Assembly: GCA_963703955.1 (NCBI GenBank)
Contig: CAVPGK010000011.1
Span: 192,001 to 256,000 of the forward strand
DNA length: 64,000 nt
DNA from: Nitrospirota bacterium
GTDB taxonomy: Bacteria > Nitrospirota > Nitrospiria > Nitrospirales > Nitrospiraceae
Direction: 5' to 3'
Made by a program: the position numbers and the translations under genes. The notes under the pieces are model-generated. The model made no database searches. It was not told the DNA's origin and saw only the letters and a program-made list of their open reading frames with translations. Of this stretch, positions 41,905 to 51,188 are shown one piece after another (position 1 is the first letter of the stretch; each line of letters begins with the position of its first letter).

Positions 41905-42515
41905 CTGATCGCCTGGAGCCAGGCCCGGATATCCGCAATGTCTTGTGCGCTTAGCGCAGCCTCCCAGGGCGGCATGGCGCCACGACCGTGCAGCACGGTG
42001 TCCCAGAACCGGCTCTCGTCGCCCAGGATCGGATTGCCGGCCAGCTTGAGACCCATGCCGCCGCTGGCGCCGCCGCCATGGCACGCCTGACAATTGTGCA
42101 CGTACAGGCCTTCGCCGCGACCCGCCACGCCGGAGGGATGGCCGCCTGCCGCAGCCGCTTCCACCCGCCGTGGCTCCGCCACGGCCCCCGTGTCCCTGAC
42201 CAGCTCCTGATCCGGCGCAGTCGGATGGTAGAGAGCAGACAAGTAACTTACCAGTAGCACCGCCTCCTCCGGCGAGACGTCGGCCCCCCAGTGAATCATC
42301 TTTTGGATCGTTGCCTCCCAGCGATCCCGGTCCAACCGCTGTTGACTGATGAGGTCTGTGCTATGGCAAACGGCGCAGCGGGCCAGGAGCAGGCCTTTGG
42401 CCCTGAGCGCGAGCTTTGCACGATCCTGGCTCGCGTCCTCGGCGTGCCCGATCGCCCACGCCGCGAACACGACCACGCTCACGAACACTACGCGGACTCC
42501 GTCCATTCGTCTCAT
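41901..42515 (-). CDS. Diheme cytochrome c, SorB/SorU-like partner of the sulfite oxidase
   Basis: CAVCHS.D.I.QQRL...W...I.KM..WGA domain plus a CQACH domain; coupled to the sulfite oxidase gene. Confidence 0.85.
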   Translation of the reverse strand: MRRMDGVRVVFVSVVVFAAWAIGHAEDASQDRAKLALRAKGLLLARCAVCHSTDLISQQRLDRDRWEATIQKMIHWGADVSPEEAVLLVSYLSALYHPTAPDQELVRDTGAVAEPRRVEAAAAGGHPSGVAGRGEGLYVHNCQACHGGGASGGMGLKLAGNPILGDESRFWDTVLHGRGAMPPWEAALSAQDIADIRAWLQAIR

Positions 42516-43693
42516 GCCGTCACAGTCACCATCGCGCGGTCCCAGCCGTTCCAGAGAAAGCCGCCCGGATTCCACGGAGACCGTTCGGGCTGCGTGTACC
42601 CCCGGTCATCCGTCGCGCGGCACAGCAGCACATAAGATCCGGGACGCATCGCGCGCCAGTCATATTTCCAGATTCGCCAGGCATAGGGGACATCGTCCCC
42701 CGTCAACCCGGCCCGGGACCAGGTCCGCCCTTCGTCGACCGACACCTCCACTGAGACAATCCGCGCTTCCCCCGTCCACGCGACCCCCTGCACCACGATG
42801 CTGCCGTCCACCGTGTCGCCGTCACGAGGACTCGTGATGAGAGACTTCACGATCATCGTTTCGATGGGTCGCAGGTCCATAGGGTCCACCTGCTCGCCGG
42901 GCTGGACGGGTCGAACCGGATGACGATACGCCGTCTGCATGTAATAGCCGGGAGGCTCTTGGTCGCTGGTCGTCAGATCAGTGAGCCACTTGACGCAGGC
43001 ATCTGCCATCCAGCCCGGCGCGATCAGTCGGAGGGGCGCGCCGTGTAACAGCGGGAGCGGCTCTCCGTTCATCCCAGAGGCCAGGATCGTATCGGGGTGC
43101 AGCGCCTTCTCGAGTGGAATGCTCCGGAGAAAGATTGGGGTGCTGGGATGAACCGGCCGATCCGCGCCGAGCAGATGGAGATGCTTCGCTTTAGTCTGTA
43201 TGCCGGCTTTCGCCAGCACATCGCGCAGCCGCACGCCCGTCCAGAGTGCGTTGCCCACCGCCCCCTTCCGCCACTGAATCCCTCCGGCGCGCGGCTGATA
43301 GAAGGCACGGCCGTTGCCGCTGCATTGCACGACGGCCGTGACGGATACTTCTTCGAATTGTTTGAGATCAAGCAGACTCAAACTGAGCGCACGGTCCACC
43401 AGCCCCCCCACGCTCAGTTTCCAGTGCGCCGGATCGATCCGCTCTAAGGGAGGCGGCCCGAAATGGCTGCGGACGAAAAAGCTGTCGTTCGGGGTGATCC
43501 ACGACGTGAAAGCTTCGACCGGCGTTTCCGCATCGTAGGGACGGCTGACTCTGGGGATCAGCTTGTCGACCACCTCGGCTCTTTCGGCCTGCCCACGCCC
43601 CAGAGAGAGCACCGTGACGGCATAGGCCAGCCCGCCGGCAGCCCATTGCATGAATCGCCGGCGCGAGACGACCCTGTCGTCCTCGCCATCCAT
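42512..43693 (-). CDS. sorA: Periplasmic sulfite oxidase-family molybdoenzyme (SorA-like)
   Basis: Tat signal SRRRFM, FFVRSH, Mo-ligand QCSGNGR, NGEPLPLLHGAPLR, CRATDD.G..QP. Confidence 0.88.
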   Translation of the reverse strand: MDGEDDRVVSRRRFMQWAAGGLAYAVTVLSLGRGQAERAEVVDKLIPRVSRPYDAETPVEAFTSWITPNDSFFVRSHFGPPPLERIDPAHWKLSVGGLVDRALSLSLLDLKQFEEVSVTAVVQCSGNGRAFYQPRAGGIQWRKGAVGNALWTGVRLRDVLAKAGIQTKAKHLHLLGADRPVHPSTPIFLRSIPLEKALHPDTILASGMNGEPLPLLHGAPLRLIAPGWMADACVKWLTDLTTSDQEPPGYYMQTAYRHPVRPVQPGEQVDPMDLRPIETMIVKSLITSPRDGDTVDGSIVVQGVAWTGEARIVSVEVSVDEGRTWSRAGLTGDDVPYAWRIWKYDWRAMRPGSYVLLCRATDDRGYTQPERSPWNPGGFLWNGWDRAMVTVTA

Positions 43694-43695
43694 GG

Positions 43696-45105
43696 TCACT
43701 TGGCGAGTGTCCGGAGATAGTGAATCACCTGCCACACTTCGTCCTCGGACAATCCGGCAAACGGCATCATGCCGGTGCCGGGTGAGCCGTTCTTGATGAC
43801 CCAGAACAATTGGCCATCCTGAATCTCTCTCATCGTCGCACCGCAAGTAAAATTTCGCGGAGGCGGGACTAACGCCGCCCCGATCGGACCGCTACCGTCT
43901 CCTCGCTGTCCGTGACAATTCATACAGGCCAGCGGCTTTGCCGTTTCCATGAAGAGCGTCTTGCCCGCTTGCACATGAGCAGGGGAGGTTGGTAAGGGGT
44001 TTGTCCGGTTCAAGAAATCCGCAGGAGCTTGCTGGGTCGTCCGCGGTTGCGGGCAGACACCGAGGGCGCCGCCAGCTTGGCCCACCGTCGCTTCAGCGAC
44101 ATCTGCACCTTTGAAGGTCTGTCTCAAATAGGCAATGACGTCCGCGACGCCTTGCTGCCCGATCGTCAACCCCCAATAGGGCATGCTGGTGGATTTTCCG
44201 ACCGCGCGCCCGCCATGATTGACCACATTATAAAGATATTCCATCGGCAGCTTGTCGAACGCCATATTGGCGTGCACCGCCGGTTTGGGCTCGAGACCTG
44301 ACGCGGCCGGTCCATCGCCTCTGCCGCTGGCTCCATGGCATTGCGAACAGTATTGCTTGTAGAGCAGCTTGCCCCGATCAACGCTCACATTTTGAAATTC
44401 CTTGCTCGTCCACGGTTCGTAATATTTGAAATCCTTCACGCCCTGCACGGCCAGGAATCCGATGACAGCCCGCAACTGGGGGTCGGTGGCATCCGCCAGG
44501 AACTCCCCACTGTGTGGCGTGAAATCCTGCGGATTCTGCCCGAAGCGGAAGAGCCAGTCCGTGGTGTACCGGCGCCCGGATTCCACCAGGGAGGCACTCT
44601 GCGGCCCGCCGATGACCCTGCCGTTTTCCTCAATGACGTGGCAGCCGATGCAGGCATGGGCTTTATAGGCCTGCCGGCCGAACTCAACTTCGATGGCGCT
44701 TACCTTCGAGACATCGAAGGCTCCTATCCTTACGCGAGGATCCTTGTAATGCTGCTCAAAATAGTCGGCGATGCCTTGGGCCTCCGATGCAGAGACGATT
44801 GGATGTTCGGTCGGCTCCTGGGAAAGATCCCAGCGATACCCTTTCGGGTAGATACGATGTTCTTTGCCCGTCAACCACCCGATCAGCCACGCGCGTTGAT
44901 ATTTACTCCCGGCCCACATGAGATCCGGTGCCTTGAGGTTGAACCGCGACTCCGGAGTGCCTTCAAAGCGATGGCAGGAGGCGCACGTATTCTGGATAAC
45001 CTGTTTCGTCCCCTGCTCATCGCTGCCGAGCAGCATATGTGGGACAGTCACGAGCCATATCGCGAGACCAACAAAGGCACCGATCGCAACCCGTCTCTTC
45101 AACAT
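43696..45105 (-). CDS. Periplasmic tetraheme cytochrome c
   Basis: Signal peptide; CASCH, CIGCH, CSQCH and CMNCH in four class-I-like domains. Confidence 0.9.
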   Translation of the reverse strand: MLKRRVAIGAFVGLAIWLVTVPHMLLGSDEQGTKQVIQNTCASCHRFEGTPESRFNLKAPDLMWAGSKYQRAWLIGWLTGKEHRIYPKGYRWDLSQEPTEHPIVSASEAQGIADYFEQHYKDPRVRIGAFDVSKVSAIEVEFGRQAYKAHACIGCHVIEENGRVIGGPQSASLVESGRRYTTDWLFRFGQNPQDFTPHSGEFLADATDPQLRAVIGFLAVQGVKDFKYYEPWTSKEFQNVSVDRGKLLYKQYCSQCHGASGRGDGPAASGLEPKPAVHANMAFDKLPMEYLYNVVNHGGRAVGKSTSMPYWGLTIGQQGVADVIAYLRQTFKGADVAEATVGQAGGALGVCPQPRTTQQAPADFLNRTNPLPTSPAHVQAGKTLFMETAKPLACMNCHGQRGDGSGPIGAALVPPPRNFTCGATMREIQDGQLFWVIKNGSPGTGMMPFAGLSEDEVWQVIHYLRTLAK

Positions 45106-45213
45106 GAGCTCCTCCTGATTCGCTGATCCGTCGCGGCTCGAAAGCTTGCCACCGCAGTCATATCGGGACGACCCGTATGCGAGACATCGGGTGGATCGTA
45201 TCTCCGTGGTCGC

Positions 45214-46215
45214 TCAAAACCGATACTGTACCCCCAGCGAGACGATTGTGTCGTTGAAGTCCCGCGAAACGTCCGTCGAGGAACGCTGCGTACGCTGGAA
45301 GCTGAGGGTGGCATCCGACGCGTGGGTCAGTGCATACTTCAACTCGGCCAGCCCTTGGTTGGTGAGGTCCTGACGGCCCATATGTGTATCCCCGACCACC
45401 TCACTCGTGAAGGTCTTGCGCAAGTGAAGGTAGACAAGATTCAGTGCAAGCCGCTCAAGGAATCGCACTTCCGCGCCGAACGAGACGAGATTGAGGTAGT
45501 AGGACACATCGTCCTTGATTTCAGGTTGCTCTCGCCCATCAGCCAACCCACGTTCATAGAGGTAGGCAAGCGTGAACGTGATCCAGGAAGCCGGTCGATA
45601 GTCGGCGCGCGGACCGATCGTATAGAAGGTGGTATCGCGTTCGGCGAAGGCCTCGTTATAGAGTCGAACCCCGTAACGGCCAATGAACGTACCGCTCCAG
45701 TTTTGGTTGAATCGTCGCTGGAGTTCAAGTCTCCAGTGATGCGACGTCACCCGTTCCTCTTGAATCGAATTCGTTCCACTCTGGTGCTCGATGTTGGGCC
45801 CCAGAAAGACATTCGGCACATATCGATACCGCAGCAACACCGAGGTATCGGGATTCAGCCACTGCCGGTCCTGAATCAGGTAGTCGCCATGATTGAAGAT
45901 GGGCTTGTCGGTATAAATGAACCCGTGCGCCTCGACAGACATTTCGTTCTTTCCGAGCCAGGGAGAGGATGATTTGATGACCTCCAAGCTCGGCTCCCAT
46001 ACCACATCAGAAGGTTTTCCGAGCGGAACGATCGTGGGTTGGGACGGGTCCTCGTTAAGCGCCAGGCGTCGAGCCGATGAAAACTGAAAGACATCGGTCG
46101 TATAACTCACCCTCTGCTCAGCGACTGCTGACCATTCGGCGCGAGCAGGCCAAGGCCACGCGATCAGAAAAACAGTGGCCGCCATGGCCCATCCTGCCCC
46201 TCGCGTCGCCCCCAT
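45214..46215 (-). CDS. Putative outer-membrane beta-barrel protein
   Basis: Signal peptide (ARA), amphipathic aromatic-rich strands, C-terminal beta-signal VSLGVQYRF. Confidence 0.78.
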   Translation of the reverse strand: MGATRGAGWAMAATVFLIAWPWPARAEWSAVAEQRVSYTTDVFQFSSARRLALNEDPSQPTIVPLGKPSDVVWEPSLEVIKSSSPWLGKNEMSVEAHGFIYTDKPIFNHGDYLIQDRQWLNPDTSVLLRYRYVPNVFLGPNIEHQSGTNSIQEERVTSHHWRLELQRRFNQNWSGTFIGRYGVRLYNEAFAERDTTFYTIGPRADYRPASWITFTLAYLYERGLADGREQPEIKDDVSYYLNLVSFGAEVRFLERLALNLVYLHLRKTFTSEVVGDTHMGRQDLTNQGLAELKYALTHASDATLSFQRTQRSSTDVSRDFNDTIVSLGVQYRF

Positions 46216-46221
46216 CGTTCA

Positions 46222-46659
46222 TTATTGCCCGAACGCCCGCACATACAAGACTAGGTGCCACGCTTCTTCCTCGGTCAAGATCAACGGAATGAATGAAGCC
46301 ATATCGGTGCCAGGACTTCCGTTCTTCAGAATCCACATCAATTCGCCATCCGTCCTGACCTGTTGCCAGACTTTGTTGGTGAAATCCCTCGGAAGCCTGC
46401 CCCGCAAGCCGGGGATATCGCTCAACCCTTTACCATCGCGGCCGTGACAGGTCGCGCAGAAAGCCTTGCCATGGAACAGCGCCTTCCCCTTCTCGATGTT
46501 CTCTGGACTCGGCGGGATGGGATTGACCCACGTTCTTGCAACCGCTATCTGATCCGTAGGCACACGCGGGATCAGCACCTCGGCATCCGCGCCATAGGAG
46601 GGACACCGAAACCAGCCCACCAACCCGGCCATAATGAACAGCGTCGCTCGTACCATCAT
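46222..46659 (-). CDS. Monoheme cytochrome c
   Basis: CATCH, RTDGELMWILKNGSPGTDM; start uncertain. Confidence 0.88.
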   Translation of the reverse strand: MMVRATLFIMAGLVGWFRCPSYGADAEVLIPRVPTDQIAVARTWVNPIPPSPENIEKGKALFHGKAFCATCHGRDGKGLSDIPGLRGRLPRDFTNKVWQQVRTDGELMWILKNGSPGTDMASFIPLILTEEEAWHLVLYVRAFGQ

Positions 46660-46767
46660 CACGTCGAATGCAACGTTGGGTAGCAAAAGCAATGGGCGGG
46701 CGCAAGACCCGCACCCATTGCCTCCCGTTCGATCCTATTCTTTACTGCTCGTTTCTCCCTCTCACCC

Positions 46768-47289
46768 CTATTTCTCTGCGTGCCCGGGAAATTGGTGCCC
46801 AAGCGACTGAGGGAAAGAGACCGAGCCATCGGGGAACTCCAGACCCTTTTGCCAGAGGTGGTAGATGACGCCGTCAGTTTTGGACGCCGCGTCGGCGATT
46901 TCTTTGGCCTTGTCAGCGGGCTCGAGGACCTGCACACGTCCGGTCGCGATCTCAACCTTGTGATCGTGGAAATACCGATGCCACTGAATGGGAGAGAGTT
47001 TCCTGGTAAGGTCCTTTGCCACGAAGTATTCAATTCCGATCAGCGCCGCCTTAGGATCAGTGGATTCGAAGAGCAGGCACTGGAGAATCTTATCTGAAAT
47101 CCCCTTGCAATAATGGTGGTACGGCCCGCCAACCGTGCCATCTGGATGAAGGTGTGGGGCCTGCACATGGATGTCATACCCGGTTGCCGGAGAAGCCGGC
47201 TCAGCGCCAACCGCCGGCATGACCATGAATGCCCACATCACGAAACTCACGATACCGAGTAGCCCACTACGATGAAGAGTCGATTCCAT
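46768..47289 (-). CDS. Exported DUF1264 (OBAP-like) protein
   Basis: Signal peptide; HHYC...QCLLF...LIGIEY...HDHKVEI pattern; GGAGG RBS. Confidence 0.8.
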   Translation of the reverse strand: MESTLHRSGLLGIVSFVMWAFMVMPAVGAEPASPATGYDIHVQAPHLHPDGTVGGPYHHYCKGISDKILQCLLFESTDPKAALIGIEYFVAKDLTRKLSPIQWHRYFHDHKVEIATGRVQVLEPADKAKEIADAASKTDGVIYHLWQKGLEFPDGSVSFPQSLGHQFPGHAEK

Positions 47290-47464
47290 GTCTGCCTCCT
47301 AATTGATAGAGTGAGGTTCACGATGATGAGCTTTCGAGCTGGTTCTGCACCGCTCCGCTCACCATTCTGACTCTTAGAGACACGTCGCATCGTAAGGATT
47401 CAAGTACTGTCCGACCTCGAAGTCCAAAGGAGCGCATCGGCGAGTTGAGACCTCTGCATTGGGG

Positions 47465-47881
47465 TCACGAACGTGGCTCCACACCCTTTCCTGCAAATAC
47501 CGACAGATCCACTTCGGGTGGGACGGCCAGTGTCTGATGGACGGTACAGCCGTTGGCCACTTTCAACAGCCGGTCCTTCAATTCCTGTGTCAGCTCGGAA
47601 GGCAGATGAACAACCACTTTTACCGCACCGACGCGATGGGGCTGCTCAGCCATGGACCACTCCGCGTCAATTGTTAGCCCCTCGCTGGGAATCTTGTGGC
47701 GCGCGCAGTAACGCCCCACGAAATACCCGACGCAACTCGCCAGCGACCCGACGAAGAGTTCCACCGGGCTCATCCCCGTATCGGCGCCACCTTCATCCGT
47801 CGGTTGATCCGTCACCACGGTGTGCGCACCGCTGGTGACGTCAAAGCGGGTCCCGCCTCGAAATGCAACTGTGAGATTCAT
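47465..47881 (-). CDS. OsmC/Ohr family protein
   Basis: TDQP..EGG.D.G.SPVEL, SLASC and GCTVH cysteine pair. Confidence 0.9.
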   Translation of the reverse strand: MNLTVAFRGGTRFDVTSGAHTVVTDQPTDEGGADTGMSPVELFVGSLASCVGYFVGRYCARHKIPSEGLTIDAEWSMAEQPHRVGAVKVVVHLPSELTQELKDRLLKVANGCTVHQTLAVPPEVDLSVFAGKGVEPRS

Positions 47882-48240
47882 GGTGGCACCTTCCGCGTTA
47901 TCAGTTTGTTCACTTTCCTCCACGACTGGATGCCTAATTCGTGCGCTTCAGGCCTTAACATGCAACTGGTCAGATCGTTCAGTTCTTTGCCGTTCAAAAG
48001 ATCCGGGCCAACTGTGTCGCCTCACCATGAATCCGATGATACCCGGCACAGCCTCCTTTGGCTCCTGCGCGAGGCTCCTAAGTGGCCTCCTAAAAGTCTT
48101 GTCGCATTAATCACGATCAAGCACACAGCGATGCTGATTGTAATGAAGGCGCCAATCTTGGCAGTGGCCTCAGGGGAAGTGAAGAACAGGCCCGGCTTCT
48201 CACATACCCCCTGACGAAACCGGCAGCTTTTTTCAAGCTC

Positions 48241-48603
48241 CTATCCAACAGGTTTGAACGGAGCCTCCATCCGAATATAAGAAAGGACATCTCGGATGTC
48301 CTGCTCGCTCAAGACGTCACGAAACCCGTGCATCGGCGTAAACATGACCCCATGCGCGATGGTGATGAACATCTCCCAATCGCTCTTCGTGCGTGAGCTC
48401 AAGGACTGCAGGTCAGCCGGGGGGACGGTCAAGAATTTTGCCTCCGGCCCTCTCCCATCCAGCTTCTGTCCATGGCACCGCAGACAGAGTTGCTCATAAA
48501 CAGCCTGCCCGTGCTTTGGGTTGCCGGAGCGATTCTGAGCGATTGCCAAGGAAGCGCAGAGAATGACAAACAACGCAACTGCGACGGAAATATGTCGTGT
48601 CAT
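48241..48603 (-). CDS. Monoheme cytochrome c (paralog of 32855-33217)
   Basis: Signal peptide, CLRCH, FTPMHG; GGAGG RBS. Confidence 0.9.
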   Translation of the reverse strand: MTRHISVAVALFVILCASLAIAQNRSGNPKHGQAVYEQLCLRCHGQKLDGRGPEAKFLTVPPADLQSLSSRTKSDWEMFITIAHGVMFTPMHGFRDVLSEQDIRDVLSYIRMEAPFKPVG

Positions 48604-48727
48604 GGACTCGCCTCCATGAGGACTAGCTCAACCCATTCGCTTTCGTTGGTAGGCAAGAATCTGTCGGCCATCCACCTCCGACTCGATCCCTACTCTCTCG
48701 TATGAATTCGCTTGCGATCCTTAGCGC

Positions 48728-49975
48728 TCAAGCTTGCTGTTCCAGCTTCGCGATTCCGAGCGCTTTCAGAATCGCTTTCTCGTAATAGGGCTCGCTGACG
48801 CCTCGTTTCATCTTATGCAGAAAATATTTTTCCAGGCCGATTTTGGCGAGGTGCACCCACTTTCCCTTCTTCGCCCACGTAACATTCCGTGGAGCCATTT
48901 GCGGAAGCGCGACGAAGGCCACTCCTGTGTCCCCCATATCAGCCAGGCAAATGGCATTCCAGGTCGCCGTGTCGCGCTTCGGGTTGTTCTCAATATCGGC
49001 CTTGATGTTGTGCACCGTGGCCGAGACCATTGATTCGATCATGTACCCCGTCTTGGGCGCGCCCGTCGGAATCGGCGTTTGCTCCACCGGCGGGATAGCC
49101 ACGCAGACTCCCACCGCGTAAATGTTCTTGTATTTCGGATTGGCTTGGTAGGAGTCAATATTCACAAACCCCTTGGGATTGCAGAGCCCCGGCGTTCCGG
49201 CGACTGCGTCCACGCCCGCAAAGGGCGGGATAAACATGGAGTAGCGAAAGGAGATATCCTGCCCGTCCTCCAGCATCAACTTGCCGGGCTGCACTTCTTT
49301 GATCGCGACGTTCGTGAAGGGTTTGATCGAGTGCTCGGCGAATTCATCCTCCATGAGCCGGCGCGATTTGCCGACGCCCGCCAGTCCCATGTGGCCGATG
49401 TAGGGCTCCGGCGTCACGAAATAGATCGGCACTTTGCGCCGCAGCTTTCTCTTGCGTAGATCGGCATCCAAAATGAAGGCCATCTCATACGCCGGCCCAA
49501 AGCAGGAGGCGCCTTGTGCCGCGCCGACCACGATGGGGCCCGGATCCTTTAAGAACGCTTGATAGGCGCCCCATGCTTGTTCCGCGTGATCCAGCGTGCA
49601 GACCGACTGCGTGTACCCGCTTGGCCCTAAGCCGCCCACGGCAGGGAAGTTCAATTTTGGCCCTGTCGCGATAATAAGGTAATCGTAAGGCACCTCGCCT
49701 TTCGCGGTGATAACGCGGTTTTGTTCCGGTTCGATCCGTTCTGCTGCCGTGTGAATGAACCCGACGCCCTTCTTTTCGAAGACAGGCCCCAAAGGGAAGC
49801 TGATATCTTTTCGCTTCCTCCACCCCACAGCTACCCATGGATTGGACGGCACGAAGTGAAAATAGTCCACGTTCGAGATCACGGTGACCGAATGTTTCTT
49901 GTCCAACATCGCCCGGCATTCATAGGCTGCGGGGAGGCCTCCGATCGACGCGCCGATGATCGCAATGTGTGCCAT
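48728..49975 (-). CDS. sqr: Sulfide:quinone oxidoreductase, type I (SqrA-like)
   Basis: FAD motif, FVPSNPW, three conserved cysteines (SVC, ASCFGPAYE, AICLADMG), PKTGYMIESM. Confidence 0.93.
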   Translation of the reverse strand: MAHIAIIGASIGGLPAAYECRAMLDKKHSVTVISNVDYFHFVPSNPWVAVGWRKRKDISFPLGPVFEKKGVGFIHTAAERIEPEQNRVITAKGEVPYDYLIIATGPKLNFPAVGGLGPSGYTQSVCTLDHAEQAWGAYQAFLKDPGPIVVGAAQGASCFGPAYEMAFILDADLRKRKLRRKVPIYFVTPEPYIGHMGLAGVGKSRRLMEDEFAEHSIKPFTNVAIKEVQPGKLMLEDGQDISFRYSMFIPPFAGVDAVAGTPGLCNPKGFVNIDSYQANPKYKNIYAVGVCVAIPPVEQTPIPTGAPKTGYMIESMVSATVHNIKADIENNPKRDTATWNAICLADMGDTGVAFVALPQMAPRNVTWAKKGKWVHLAKIGLEKYFLHKMKRGVSEPYYEKAILKALGIAKLEQQA

Positions 49976-50052
49976 TAGTCCTCCAGTACTGAGTTGAACG
50001 AACAAGAGAAACGGCCATGCGGCGATGAGCTCAGTTCTCAGTCTGATATATT

Positions 50053-50080
50053 GCTGGCTGAAAGCTGACGGCTGACCGCT
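50053..50080. repeat. Short heptamer tandem repeat
   Basis: GCTGAAA-GCTGACG-GCTGACC-GCT between DUF2892 and sqr. Confidence 0.55.
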
Positions 50081-50084
50081 CTCT

Positions 50085-50303
50085 CTATGCCTTCCCGGTT
50101 GGCTTCATTTCACACGTGTTGATACCCAACACCTTCCACGCCGGGCAAAAGCCGACGGCGCCGGTCAGGAGCGCGATTGCTCCGACTCCGACCGCCAGCG
50201 CCGCTTGCCAGCCCGTGAGTCCCGCAAACGACCCCAAGAACAGGAAAATCAGGCCCACGACAATTCGAATGCCGCGTTCCATTGCTCCTACATTGCATCG
50301 CAT
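50085..50303 (-). CDS. DUF2892 (YgaP-like) membrane protein
   Basis: NVG..ER.IR...G, two TM helices, GFCP....LGINTC. Confidence 0.9.
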   Translation of the reverse strand: MRCNVGAMERGIRIVVGLIFLFLGSFAGLTGWQAALAVGVGAIALLTGAVGFCPAWKVLGINTCEMKPTGKA

Positions 50304-50483
50304 GGCTCCACCTCCTTATCTGAACGATCAACCCTGCCGTCAGCTTTGAATGAGAAGGCTGACGCTAATGACTGATCGCTTCCTTGGTGACACCATCTTA
50401 GAGTCCAGCTCAATGCAAAGGATTCACCCACCGGACAGAGCCGTGTTCAGTTCGCAACCGGCGCCACCCGGGAAGAGATGACG

Positions 50484-50745
50484 TCAGTCGACTCGCGAGT
50501 GATCTGGACGGTATCGTCCTGCCGACAATCGATAGAGATCATGGCACGTCGTGCATCGGCTGGTGATGCTGGACAGACGATTCGAGACCTGTGGCGGACT
50601 CCACCCTGAACTACCGCATCCGCGAGCGCGTCGAAGTCGCGGTGAACCGACATCCCCATCTGTTTTAAGGCCAAGGGAAGCTTGACCATGATGGCCGGGC
50701 TCACGTCGGCAGCCATGCCCTTGCCTGCTGCGCGCCCACGCAAAC
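50484..50745 (-). pseudogene. Class II cytochrome c remnant
   Basis: KLPLALKQMGMSVHRDFDALAD in one frame and ITSRCTTCHDLYRL in another; no intact 5' end. Confidence 0.65.
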
Positions 50746-51188
50746 AGCATGGTCGTGCCATAAGCTTTACCTCGAACGACTCATTACCGGCTTATCCGGG
50801 CTTCCGGGCACCGATGATGGGATCTGCGTCGTTCAGCTCGATACCTCTGTTCCCTGTGCGATTAACTCGCCACTCAGCCTAACGCGCCGAAGTGCTTGAA
50901 GTCACAACAGAGCCTCGCGGAGGATGAGCGGGGCCTTCCAACGGATTGGGGAGAAAGTCCACAGTGTCGATGTGGACCTCAGCGCAGGATGCCACATACA
51001 AGACACCGGACAGCATGCAAGGCAACGGCCGGGGTGGTTCGATCCTCCAGCCTGATGTCCAGCCTCCAAGGTTCCCTTGTCTTCCCCAAAAGCAGAGGTC
51101 ATAGAACTCCCGACCAAGAGGACGGCCAACGCGGCGGCGATGACCATCCCTCGCTCACGTCATAACCCATGGACACGAGGATGAACGT

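Noticed and set aside
47924..48240. Gap between osmC and the upstream cytochrome c gene as a possible gene remnant
   Set aside because: No convincing reading frame or motif found by eye
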